A stretch of DNA of 59,809 bases. It comes from an uncultured Oscillospiraceae bacterium. Its GTDB lineage: Bacteria > Bacillota > Clostridia > Christensenellales > CAG-314. The DNA lies in the NCBI GenBank assembly GCA_964506035.1, contig CAZDLE010000002.1, positions 1 to 59,809 on the forward strand, given 5' to 3'. Made by a program: the position numbers and the translations under genes. The notes beneath the pieces are model-generated. The model saw only the letters and a program-made list of their open reading frames with translations. It did not search any database and was not told the DNA's origin. Shown piece after piece: positions 51,079 through 59,809 of this stretch; the stretch's first letter is position 1; each line of letters opens with the position of its first letter.

Positions 51079-51715
51079 GCGTAAAGCCATTGTTTTTTTT
51101 GCTATATAGTTAGGTATTTCGATCTTTTATGCTATTAATTAAGTTGTTTAACCGCTTTTATTATTTCTGATGGATTGTTCGATTGTTTTGAGTGACTTTG
51201 TTTGTTTGCGTAAAGCCATTGTTTTTGCTATATCGTTATATATTTCAATCTTTTATGCTATTTATTAGCCTATTTAACCATTTTTATTATTTCTGATGAA
51301 TTGTTCAATTATTTTTAGCGACTTTGTTTGTTCGCGTAAAGCCATTGTTTTTTTTGCTATATAGTTAGGTGTTTCGATCTTTCCTACGCTATTAATTAAG
51401 TTGTTTAATCGTTTTTATTATTTCTGATGGATTGTTCAATCATTTGAGCAACTTTGTTTGTTCGCGTAAAGCCATTGTTTTTTGCTATATCGTTATATAT
51501 TTCAATCTTTTATGCTATTAATTAAGTTGTTTAACCGCTTTTATTATTTCTGATGAATTGTTCAATTATTTTGAGCGACTTTGTTTGTTCGCGTAAAGCC
51601 ATTGTTTTTGCTATATAGTTAGGCATTTCGATCTTTTATGCTATTAATTAAGTTGTTTAACCGTTTTTATTATTTTTACTAAATTGTTTGATTGTTTTGT
51701 ACTATAGTTTATTCG
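51079..51715. repeat. Five tandem copies of a ~126-130 bp unit in alternating A/B subtypes
   Basis: Units start with gcgtaaagccattg at 51079, 51208, 51334, 51464 and 51591. Subtype A has gctatatagttaggtatttcgatc and subtype B has gctatatcgttatatatttcaatc. A degenerate partial copy at 51020-51078 abuts the island end. Confidence 0.9.
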
Positions 51716-51763
51716 GCGCAAAACTATTTTCAATACGTTGTTTAATTACTCAAGCATTTTGTG

Positions 51764-52294
51764 TTATTTATCATCATGCGCTTTCTTGATAACGTAAAAC
51801 TTGTTCGCTTGTTCGTCGTACAATCCTGCAACTATTTTGTTGTTGTATTCGTCAATAGTCATCCCTGCGGAAAGCAACGCATCGCTAAAACATGCATTTG
51901 TATTTACGTTTTGTTGCATATCGTCAACGCAGATTGTAACGGTGTAGTACACGGATCTGCGGTAGTTGATGGATGAGTGCGGTTTGTTCAAAATAACTTC
52001 GTGACGGGAAAACTCCGCAAAATGTTTTAGCAGATATTTGTTTTTGCTGCGGTGGTAGATTATTGCGCACACAAACGGGGTGCTCACAACCGCCGTGATA
52101 ATTGCCCAAATCAACATTGTTAGCCAAAAGAAATCCAAATCTTTAGCGGCAACTATAAAAAACACCACAAAACTTATAGCCACCCAAAACAGCCAAACGT
52201 AAAAATGCACGTCGGCTTGCTTTTTGCGCCAGCGGTATTCTACACTGTTTTTGACGTCTTCCATTGTAAAATCGTTGTTTGTAATTTCGCTCAT
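51764..52294 (-). CDS. Hypothetical membrane protein
   Basis: I prefer the start at ATG 52294 (MSEITNN) after aggag. It has two adjacent TM helices (FYVWLFWVAISFVVFFIVAA, FWLTMLIWAIITAVVSTPFVCAII) and lies downstream of dut. Confidence 0.6.
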   Translation of the reverse strand: MSEITNNDFTMEDVKNSVEYRWRKKQADVHFYVWLFWVAISFVVFFIVAAKDLDFFWLTMLIWAIITAVVSTPFVCAIIYHRSKNKYLLKHFAEFSRHEVILNKPHSSINYRRSVYYTVTICVDDMQQNVNTNACFSDALLSAGMTIDEYNNKIVAGLYDEQANKFYVIKKAHDDK

Positions 52295-52320
52295 TTTTCT
52301 TCTCCTAAACGGCAACAAAA

Positions 52321-52797
52321 CTACTTTTTGTCCGTCGAGCCAAGTCCACCGACGCGCTCTGTGGTAACGTCGTCGTCTTCCGTCAAAAGATAGTGGGTAA
52401 AAATGCCTTGCGCAAACGCCGTTCCCTGTGCAACGTGCAACGTTTTTTGTCCTTCGTTGGTCAGTTTTACAAAAATGTGACCTTCGTTTGGCGCGTCGCT
52501 GTAGTCTGCGTCGATAATCCCCACGGTATTATCCAGTCGCAGGCGGTACTTAAACCCCAAGCCGCTGCGTGGAAAAATCATCAAACACCAGTCGTCGGGC
52601 ATAAGTGCGCGCACGCCCGTTGCAACGGTGATTGTTTGGTTGGGTTCAAGGTCGATATCTGTCGGCGCAAAAAAATCGTAGCCGGCACTTTTGATTGTGG
52701 CACGTTTTGGCAACAATATATTGTTGTAGGTTTGTTGCGATCCGCTTTGCAAAAAGGTTTCAAGCGACACTTTTTCGAATTTTGCTTTTGTTCTCAT
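52321..52797 (-). CDS. dut: dUTP diphosphatase
   Basis: SAGYDFFAP, FPRSGLG and VGIIDADY motifs, 158 aa. Confidence 0.9.
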   Translation of the reverse strand: MRTKAKFEKVSLETFLQSGSQQTYNNILLPKRATIKSAGYDFFAPTDIDLEPNQTITVATGVRALMPDDWCLMIFPRSGLGFKYRLRLDNTVGIIDADYSDAPNEGHIFVKLTNEGQKTLHVAQGTAFAQGIFTHYLLTEDDDVTTERVGGLGSTDKK

Positions 52798-53010
52798 GAT
52801 TGCACCTCAAAATATGTTGGAGTACGGTTGCGTACAGACGTTTTAAGCTGATGAAAAACGTTTATACTGTGGCACGAAACGAGATTGTCGCTTCATGCTC
52901 TAACGGCTTGTATTATATCACGTTGCAAACATTTTTTCAACGTTATGCAGACACAATGCGGTATTTCTAAAAAATTTTCAAAAAAATTGCGAAAAATTTT
53001 GCAAAAAGTG

Positions 53011-53038
53011 TTGACAAATCCTACAAAGGTGGTATAAT
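53011..53038 (+). promoter_or_regulatory. SigA-type promoter of hsp20
   Basis: TTGACA (53011-53016), 16-nt spacer including TGg, TATAAT (53033-53038). Confidence 0.75.
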
Positions 53039-53039
53039 G

Positions 53040-53066
53040 TTAGCAATCGAACGGGGAGAGTGCTAA
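53040..53066 (+). promoter_or_regulatory. CIRCE operator (HrcA binding site)
   Basis: TTAGCAATC-gaacgggga-GAGTGCTAA versus the consensus TTAGCACTC-N9-GAGTGCTAA (one mismatch), directly after the -10. Confidence 0.85.
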
Positions 53067-53273
53067 CAAACAAAACCCGAGATTGCTAAAATTGCACAAT
53101 CAAAACTCAAAATTGCTCAAGCGGTGCAAATCCAGCGGTTGCAAGTGAACGTCCCACAAGCAACGTCGGTAGCAAGGGCAAAGGTAGTTATGATTGTGCG
53201 ACGGCGGTAATCGTGGCAGAGGTTTGCAACATCCCCACCATCCGAAAATAAATTGTAAAAGGAGAATTTTATT

Positions 53274-53675
53274 ATGAAAACTTATCTTACCAGAAGAAAC
53301 AACGATATAATCGAAGACGCATTCAACAACTTTTTCCGTCCGTTCTACGTTGACGAAGAAGCATCCATCATGAAAACGGATATCCGCGAATCGGACAACG
53401 CATACCTTATGGACGTGGAAATGGCTGGTTTTGACAAATCCGACATCTCGTTGAAGTACGAAAGCGGTTACCTTACCGTTTCCGCAAAGAAGGAAGAAAA
53501 GGCCGACAACGTAAAATACATCCGCAGAGAACGCGCCTACAGTTGTAGTAGAAGTTACTACCTTGGCGACGTTGACGAAAAATCTATCAAAGCAAAGTAC
53601 AACAACGGCGTTTTGGAAATTGTCGTTCCTAAGGAAAAACCTCAAGTGCAAACCCACGCTATAAATATCGAGTAG
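53274..53675 (+). CDS. hsp20: Hsp20/alpha-crystallin family small heat-shock protein
   Basis: DIRESDNAYLMDVEMAGFDKSDISL ... YNNGVLEIVVPKE, 133 aa, RBS aaaggag. Confidence 0.92.
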   Translation: MKTYLTRRNNDIIEDAFNNFFRPFYVDEEASIMKTDIRESDNAYLMDVEMAGFDKSDISLKYESGYLTVSAKKEEKADNVKYIRRERAYSCSRSYYLGDVDEKSIKAKYNNGVLEIVVPKEKPQVQTHAINIE

Positions 53676-53802
53676 CGTAGTTGTCGTCGCAAAAGCGACG
53701 GCATAAAATCTAAAAACAACTACCTCCCACGCAGAGTATTGCGTTTGGGAGGTGGTTTTGTATTTTGATTACAATCAAAAAACAACCGCAAAAAGACTTG
53801 CA

Positions 53803-53990
53803 AAAGGTTGTGATTGCTTGTAAAATTGATAACGACAACAGCTTGTATTTTTTTCGGTGCAGCGTAGTGGAAAAGGTTGCACGTTGTTTAGGGAATAGAT
53901 AACAACAGTTACCGTTTGTTGGCACAGGAGCAGAAAGGTTGCATAGCTTTTATAAAAGAGTTAACAACGATAGTGAATACACCCAAAGAA
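53803..53990. repeat. Three degenerate ~62-69 bp tandem units (aaaggttgNNN...aacaacRR)
   Basis: aaaaggttg occurs at 53803, 53872 and 53934, each followed about 25-30 nt later by (g)ataacgacaaca / gataacaacag / gttaacaacga. Confidence 0.5.
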
Positions 53991-54177
53991 AAATGCATAT
54001 TATGCACCAAACTACACCTTTAACTACACAAAAACACATCTTTAATTGCATATTCGTGAAAAACTGTGTATGGCAATGCCAATCACGTCAACATAAAAAT
54101 CAATCAAATCGAACGTCGGTTTGTAAAATATCAAAATAAAAATTGCAGTTGCAAAACTGCTTATTGCGAGGAACATA

Positions 54178-56046
54178 ATGAGAAAATTCAAAACGGAGTC
54201 CAAAAAGGTTTTGGACATAATGATCAATTCTATCTACACCAACAAAGATATTTTTCTGCGCGAACTTATATCTAATGCAAGCGACGCCTTGGACAAACTT
54301 GCCTATCAAAGTTTAACGGACGGTTCCGGATTGGACAGATCTACGTTGCAAATCACCGTCAAGGCGGATGCGGAAAAACGAACCCTTACCATTTGCGATA
54401 ACGGTATCGGTATGACTGCCGACGAACTGGAAAACAACCTTGGCACCATTGCAAAAAGCGGTAGTGAAAGCTTCAAAAAGTCGTTGGACGACAATGCCGA
54501 CGTGGACGTTATTGGTCAATTTGGCGTAGGATTTTATTCGGCGTTTATGGTTGCGGAAAAAGTGTCCGTGTTATCAAAAACGCAAAACGGCAGTGTCAAT
54601 TTGTGGCAAAGTGCCGGTGCGGAAGGTTACGAAATCACCGCAAGTAACTGCGATTTTGAGCGTGGCACGCAAATCACCCTGCAACTAAAGGCAGATGCTG
54701 ACGGCGAAAACTACAGCGATTATTTGCAAGAGTACAAACTGCGCAACCTTATCAAAAAGTATTCCGACTACATCCGCTACCCCATCAAATTGTGGAGTGC
54801 AGTAGCTTGCGACGACCACGGTGATTGTGACGATTGTGCAGACGATCACGACCACGAGCACGAGCCAAAATTTGATTGGGTTGTTGTAAACAGCATGATG
54901 CCCCTTTGGAAACAAAACAAAAAGGACGTTACCGAAGAGCAGTATAACGATTTTTACACCGACAACTTTTTCGGCTACGACAAGCCGTTGCACGTTATTC
55001 ACACTTCTGCCGAAGGTACGGTAGAGTACAAAGCATTGTTGTACATCCCATCTCACGCTCCATACAATTATTATCAAAAATCCTTCGAAAAGGGGCTTAA
55101 GCTATACACAAACGGGGTTTTAATCACGGATTGTTGTTCTGATCTGCTTCCCGATTGCTACAGTTTTGTGCAAGGTTTGGTAGATAGCGACCTAACGCTA
55201 AATATCTCGCGTGAAACCATCCAGCACAACCGCCAACTAAAACTTATTGCTAACAACGTCGAAAAGAAAATCACATCCGAGCTTACCAACATCCTAAAAA
55301 ACGATCGCGAAAAGTACGAACAATTTTGGAAGGAATTCGGCTTGCAACTTAAGTACGGATTGTACGCAAACTGGGGCGCAAAAAAGCAACAACTGCAAGA
55401 TTTGGTACTGTTCCACTCTCTCAAAAACGACAAATTGGTAACTCTTGCCGAGTACGTTGAACAATTTGCCGATGGTCAAGAGTGCATCTACTACGCCACC
55501 GGCGCAAGTGTTGCAAGCATCAAAAATCTTCCACAAGTTGCCAAAGTGCAACAAAAAGGTTACGACGTGCTGTGTTTGACGGAAGATGTGGACGAATTTG
55601 CACTAAAAGTTTTGTCCGCCTACAACGACAAACCTTTCAAATCCGTTGCCGACGAAACTGTCGAAACAGCCGAGGAAGAAAATGCCGACCTTTCCGCATT
55701 TATCAAAAACGCCCTTGGCGAAAGCGTAGCCAAGGTAAAATGTTGCAAAAACGACACGAACCATCCCGTGTGCATCACCACCGAAGGGGAACTTTCCGTC
55801 GAAATGGAAAAGGTGCTAAACAGCATGCCCAACGTTGGCGAAAATAAAGTCAGCGCAACCAAGGTTTTGCAGATAAACGTAAACCACCCTGTGTATGCAA
55901 AATTGGTGGATTGGTTTGCAACCGACAAGCAAAAGTTGACGGATGCTGCCAAAGTTCTGTATCAACAAGCGCGCCTTATCGAAGGTTTGCCCGTTGACGA
56001 TGCAACCGAGCTTGCCGATTTGGTCGCAAAGTTTATTGCGCAGTAA
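54178..56046 (+). CDS. htpG: Molecular chaperone HtpG (Hsp90)
   Basis: ELISNASDALDK, GQFGVGFYSAFMVA, 622 aa. Confidence 0.96.
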   Translation: MRKFKTESKKVLDIMINSIYTNKDIFLRELISNASDALDKLAYQSLTDGSGLDRSTLQITVKADAEKRTLTICDNGIGMTADELENNLGTIAKSGSESFKKSLDDNADVDVIGQFGVGFYSAFMVAEKVSVLSKTQNGSVNLWQSAGAEGYEITASNCDFERGTQITLQLKADADGENYSDYLQEYKLRNLIKKYSDYIRYPIKLWSAVACDDHGDCDDCADDHDHEHEPKFDWVVVNSMMPLWKQNKKDVTEEQYNDFYTDNFFGYDKPLHVIHTSAEGTVEYKALLYIPSHAPYNYYQKSFEKGLKLYTNGVLITDCCSDLLPDCYSFVQGLVDSDLTLNISRETIQHNRQLKLIANNVEKKITSELTNILKNDREKYEQFWKEFGLQLKYGLYANWGAKKQQLQDLVLFHSLKNDKLVTLAEYVEQFADGQECIYYATGASVASIKNLPQVAKVQQKGYDVLCLTEDVDEFALKVLSAYNDKPFKSVADETVETAEEENADLSAFIKNALGESVAKVKCCKNDTNHPVCITTEGELSVEMEKVLNSMPNVGENKVSATKVLQINVNHPVYAKLVDWFATDKQKLTDAAKVLYQQARLIEGLPVDDATELADLVAKFIAQ

Positions 56047-56377
56047 CGCAAGTTCCCAAACCACGTCAATTTGACGAGTATTGATTACAAAATTTACTGC
56101 ACAATAGCGATATAGTAACAACAAAATGCACAATAATCGTCGCGTTGAAAAATTATAACACAATAACTTTGCAACCACAGCCACAACCCTTCGATGGACA
56201 CTGCGTAGTAAAAACTATCGTGCAGTAATGATATAACCACAAAAAGATTGCCACGCAATAACGATATGAAAACAACAAAAACTGCAATTTTGTTGGTTTG
56301 GGTAAACGTGCGCAAACGTCAAATGGTCGCATTGGGAAATACGTCGTTAAAAATATGTAAATATTTTAATACAAAAA

Positions 56378-56401
56378 ATCGTCTCAAAAATTTGAGACGA
56401 T
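56378..56401. terminator. Bidirectional rho-independent terminator
   Basis: atcgtctcaaa-aa-tttgagacgat flanked by A6 and T8, between convergent htpG and the ABC operon. Confidence 0.8.
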
Positions 56402-56441
56402 TTTTTTTGTATTTGCTGTTGAAAAATTACAAAATCTTCCA

Positions 56442-57227
56442 CTACGAAAGCAAAATTCTGTCGTTTTCCGAACCGATGGATTGAAATTTTTGTAGCAAAT
56501 CGGCAACAGTGAGGTTTTGTTTTTCCTTGCCTTCTGCTGTGTAGATTATTTTGCCGTCGCACATCATTATCAGCTTGTTTCCGTAGGTGATTGCGTCACG
56601 CATGTTGTGTGTTATCATTATGGTGGTTTGATTGTTCTTCGACGTTATTTCTTGCGTCAGTTGCAACACCTTCGTTGCCGTTTTGGGATCCAACGCTGCG
56701 GTGTGCTCGTCCAAAAGTAGCAGTTTTGGTTTGTTCATGGTTGCCATAAGTAGCGTCAACGCTTGACGTTGTCCGCCGGAAAGCAAATTTACCTTCGTTC
56801 CCATGCGTTTTTCCAGTCCCAAGCCAAGGGTTGCTACCAACTGCTCCAGTTTTTCACGATCAACCTTGGTAACGTTCCACTTCAAAGTGTGACGTTTTCC
56901 GCGCAGACACGCCAAAGCAAGGTTGTCTTCGATATTCATCGCACCGGCAGTGCCTTTCATGGCATCTTGAAAAACTCTCGCAACAAATTTTGCACGTTTG
57001 TGCTCGGCAAGATTGGTCACGTCGGTACCGTCTATCACGATTTTGCCTTCGTCCACGTCCAAACCGCCTGCAATAAGGTTAAGCAAGGTGCTTTTTCCTG
57101 CGCCGTTGCCACCAATCACGGTAACAAAATCCCCTTCGTCAAGGTGCAACGACAGGTTGTCTATGGCAATTTTTTCGTTTACGGTGTTTGCGTGAAATGT
57201 TTTCGTAACGTTTTGTATATCAAGCAT
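56442..57227 (-). CDS. ABC transporter ATP-binding protein
   Basis: Walker A GGNGAGKSTLLN, signature LSGGQRQALTL, Walker B LLLLDEHTAALD. Confidence 0.92.
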   Translation of the reverse strand: MLDIQNVTKTFHANTVNEKIAIDNLSLHLDEGDFVTVIGGNGAGKSTLLNLIAGGLDVDEGKIVIDGTDVTNLAEHKRAKFVARVFQDAMKGTAGAMNIEDNLALACLRGKRHTLKWNVTKVDREKLEQLVATLGLGLEKRMGTKVNLLSGGQRQALTLLMATMNKPKLLLLDEHTAALDPKTATKVLQLTQEITSKNNQTTIMITHNMRDAITYGNKLIMMCDGKIIYTAEGKEKQNLTVADLLQKFQSIGSENDRILLS

Positions 57228-57237
57228 AGTGGTTCTC

Positions 57238-58149
57238 CTAATCTATATCGGTGTGGGCATTTGCCGACGCGCGATTTGTTTTGTGACGTCTAAATTTGTT
57301 CTTAAAATGGGGGATAGATAGGAAAATTGCCACAACCACGGCAGACAAAAGTTTCAGCAGGTCGGTGTCCAATCCCAAGCAAACAACCACTTGATAAACA
57401 AGGTAGTACACGATGGAGCCCACAACCACTCCGCACATTTGCACGGCAAAGTTGGAACTAACTTTGGACGTTATCGCTCCGCCGATTATCACCGCGGCAA
57501 GTCCTATAATGATTGCGCCACGGCCCATGTTGATATCCGCAAAACCTTGGTACTGACAAAGCAATCCGCCGGAAAGAGCAACCAATCCGTTGGAAATGGA
57601 CAGTGCCAAAACCTTGGTAAAGTTTGTGTTGATGCCTTGCGCCCTTGCCATATCGACGTTGCAACCGGTAGCGCGAATAGAACATCCCACTTGAGTGCCG
57701 AAAAACCAGTACAACACGCCCACCAATAGGGCGGTAACACCCACCATCACAAGGATGGTTTTGCCGTTGTCCATGCTGGAAATAAGCAAATCGTAGTTGC
57801 GTGCAGAAACGGACATATTTGCCTTTCCAAGAATTTTTAGGTTTATCGACCACAACGCAAGTTGCGTAAGTATTCCCGAAAGGATAGCAGGTATGCCCAT
57901 TGCCGTGTGCAACAATCCCGTTACCGCTCCGCAAACCATTCCGGCAAGCAACGCTACGACAAGCGCAACGGACCAATGCACGCCGTTGGTTATAAGTACG
58001 GCGCTAACCACCGCGCCCGTGCAGATAGAGCCATCCACCGTAAGATCGGCAAAATCGAGAATTTTGTAGGACAAAAACAGTCCCAGCGCCATTATTCCCC
58101 AAACAAGCCCTTGCGAAATTGCACCGGGCAAAGCGTTTATAATTATCAT
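57238..58149 (-). CDS. ABC transporter permease
   Basis: 303 aa, about 8-9 hydrophobic helices, between the SBP and ATPase genes. Confidence 0.88.
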   Translation of the reverse strand: MIIINALPGAISQGLVWGIMALGLFLSYKILDFADLTVDGSICTGAVVSAVLITNGVHWSVALVVALLAGMVCGAVTGLLHTAMGIPAILSGILTQLALWSINLKILGKANMSVSARNYDLLISSMDNGKTILVMVGVTALLVGVLYWFFGTQVGCSIRATGCNVDMARAQGINTNFTKVLALSISNGLVALSGGLLCQYQGFADINMGRGAIIIGLAAVIIGGAITSKVSSNFAVQMCGVVVGSIVYYLVYQVVVCLGLDTDLLKLLSAVVVAIFLSIPHFKNKFRRHKTNRASANAHTDID

Positions 58150-58207
58150 AAAATCACCTTTTAAGTATCGTTTTTGTATGTGTTAAGGCATGTTTTGGCA
58201 ACTATCG

Positions 58208-59185
58208 TCAGTCAATCGCAACGTAGTCGGCTGGGATGGTTATTCCAAGTGAGTTGCAAATCTCGTCGCAAATTTCCTTGTTGTATTTTTTGGCGGGGGC
58301 GGTATCGTATGCAATTTTCATTGTGGAAATGTCTTGTTCGCCAAGCAGTATTTTGGCTGCCATTTTGCCCGTTTCTACGCCGAGATTGTAGTAGCTGATG
58401 GACAACGTAACAATTCCGCAACCTTTGCAAGTTCCGCTTTCTCCGCAAAATACGGGGATTTTCTTTGGACGACAAACGCTATCAATAATGTTTGCGCAGG
58501 ATGCCGCAGTGTTGTCTGTTGGCACGTACAAAGCGTCGTATTCTTCCACAGCGTTGGTAACAACCGGTAAAATATCGTTGCTGTCCGCAAAGGAAAGCAG
58601 TGTTGCCGTGATACCGAGTTTTGCCAGTTCGCCTTGGACAACGTCCACTTGATACTTGGAATTTGGTTCCGCACTGCAGTAGAGCAAACCAACATTTTGG
58701 GCAGTGGGATATAGGTCTTTTATCATTTTTGCTTGTTCATCAAGTGGTGCAAGATCGCTTGTGCCGGAGATGTTTCCGCCAACAACACCGTCAAAATCAC
58801 CCTTTATGTCCAACGCAGTTTTGTAGTCGGTGATGGACGTTCCCAAGATGGGGATGGTTGTCGTTGCGTTTTGCGCCGCTTGCAACGATGCCGTTGCGTT
58901 TGCCATAATCAAATCTACGTTTTTTGCGACAAAATTGTTTGCAATGGTGATGCAGGTGTTAGGGTCGCCCTGCGCGTTTTGCAAATCGAATTTTACCGTC
59001 TTGCCAGCCTTTTGCAACTCGTCTTTTAGGCTATCCATAAACCCTTGCGTTGCTTGGTCGAGTGCATCGTGGGTTACCAGTTGGCAAATACCCACCGTAA
59101 AATCCGCACTTTCGCACGCCGTCAAAGCGAGCAAACATCCGCAGATTAGTGCCAGCGTTACAACTACTGCAATTATCTTTTTCAT
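58208..59185 (-). CDS. ABC transporter substrate-binding lipoprotein (PF04392 / TrpX-like family)
   Basis: Lipobox LLALTAC. FTVGICQLVTHDALDQATQGF...LQNAQGDPNTC...DLIMANATASLQAA matches my memory of the ABC_sub_bind family pattern. Confidence 0.85.
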   Translation of the reverse strand: MKKIIAVVVTLALICGCLLALTACESADFTVGICQLVTHDALDQATQGFMDSLKDELQKAGKTVKFDLQNAQGDPNTCITIANNFVAKNVDLIMANATASLQAAQNATTTIPILGTSITDYKTALDIKGDFDGVVGGNISGTSDLAPLDEQAKMIKDLYPTAQNVGLLYCSAEPNSKYQVDVVQGELAKLGITATLLSFADSNDILPVVTNAVEEYDALYVPTDNTAASCANIIDSVCRPKKIPVFCGESGTCKGCGIVTLSISYYNLGVETGKMAAKILLGEQDISTMKIAYDTAPAKKYNKEICDEICNSLGITIPADYVAID

Positions 59186-59486
59186 ACCATTCTCCTTTGT
59201 GTTGAAGTTTTTTTGCTTATTTGATGTATTTGTTATACGTTGATATCTTTATTTATCTTAATATTTCTATTTATTTTGCAAACGTCACGAGTTTCTATTC
59301 GTATCATTTTGGGTAATTCTTATTGATTGTTGATATTTGCAGTGCCGTTTACGTTATAGGAGCCATCTTTATTTATGTCTATCTGTTTTGTGGACGTCTT
59401 TTCTGCCTGTATCGAGATGTATCTTTGTATTTGGAATTAATGAGCCTCTAAGGCTGTTGGTATTTTCACGTTTTTCAACAAAAAAA

Positions 59487-59513
59487 ACTCTTTCGAGCGA
59501 ATGTCGAAAGAGT
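59487..59513 (-). terminator. Rho-independent terminator (minus strand) after the 29-codon ORF
   Basis: On the minus strand, actctttcga-cattcgc-tcgaaagagt is followed by TTTTTTTT. 10-bp stem. Confidence 0.75.
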
Positions 59514-59539
59514 CTAATTGGCAGATTTAATAAAAATTA

Positions 59540-59629
59540 TTACCTATTTTCTCCATCAGCAAACGCTACATTACAAAAGTTCGCAAAGTAGTAAAAGTAA
59601 TATGCGCTTGCAAAATAACGTTTATTCAT
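59540..59629 (-). CDS. 29-codon Tyr/Phe-rich small ORF (leader-peptide-like)
   Basis: MNKRYFASAYYFYYFANFCNVAFADGENR. RBS aaaggag is 8 nt upstream. A TTGACA-18-TATACT promoter-like pair lies at about 59649-59678 on the minus strand, and a terminator lies 26 nt after the stop. Confidence 0.45.
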   Translation of the reverse strand: MNKRYFASAYYFYYFANFCNVAFADGENR

Positions 59630-59809
59630 AAAGAAAAACTCCTTTTGATAGCATTAGTATAGCGGTAAACCCCAGCCGTTGTCAACTTTTTAACACCAAA
59701 AAATCCTTCCTTTTTTGAGTTTTTTTGTCAATAGTAACGAAAAAGAGAACAATACTACGTTATTTCGAACTGTGCCGACACGGAGATAATGGAATGGCGA
59801 AGCCAAAGG

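Noticed and set aside
51079-51715. Possible CRISPR array
   Set aside because: The entire ~127-bp unit repeats with no unique spacers, the unit is far longer than CRISPR repeats, and there are no cas genes in the window.
51079-51715. Tandem mini-ORFs on the minus strand of each repeat unit (MALREQTKSLKIIEQFIRNNKSG-type, 23 codons)
   Set aside because: No Shine-Dalgarno sequence lies before the ATGs. Differences between copies are mostly non-synonymous (E/K, I/T, F/S), so there is no sign of purifying selection. I treat them as non-coding.

Overview
About 60 kb of what looks like a Bacillota (Clostridia-like) chromosome, read by eye from the sequence and ORF track; nothing was computed or searched. 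The backbone holds soj/parA-spo0J/parB (minus strand) divergent from mnmE-mnmG-rsmG, then a PepV-like dipeptidase, a frameshifted radC and gltX. Next come a membrane protein plus two lipoproteins (one with three InlB-B-repeat-type modules), addB-addA, trkA-trkH, uvrC and a PPi-type phosphofructokinase. After an island come dut, a CIRCE-controlled hsp20, htpG and a PF04392-type ABC importer. No rRNA, tRNA or CRISPR array was recognised. The stand-out is a roughly 15.4 kb, visibly AT-richer island (about 35590-50997) inserted between the convergent pfp and dut units. It is bounded by 27-33 bp inverted repeats and ends in an intact large serine recombinase beside a decayed MobV relaxase/oriT module. 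It carries a tightly packed four-gene cassette: (1) an AlbA_2/HATPase_c_4/wHTH protein; (2) an 899-aa protein with no motif I can recognise; (3) a 1719-aa DEAH helicase with several zinc ribbons and a C-terminal DUF1998 (MrfA-type Zn-binding) module; (4) a NERD-SF1 helicase. The nearest described architecture is Druantia type III (DruH+DruE), but I cannot confirm that without HMM searches, and I do not know the four-gene arrangement as a described system. It is my top candidate for a novel defence system. Secondary observations: five tandem ~127-bp repeats next to the island; several other repeat-filled intergenic regions; a Tyr/Phe-rich 29-codon leader-like ORF with its own promoter and terminator upstream of the ABC importer; an older recombinase scar after rsmG, where the usual origin-region synteny breaks; and a recurrent TTTAACCCCTACTTTTG-type motif.
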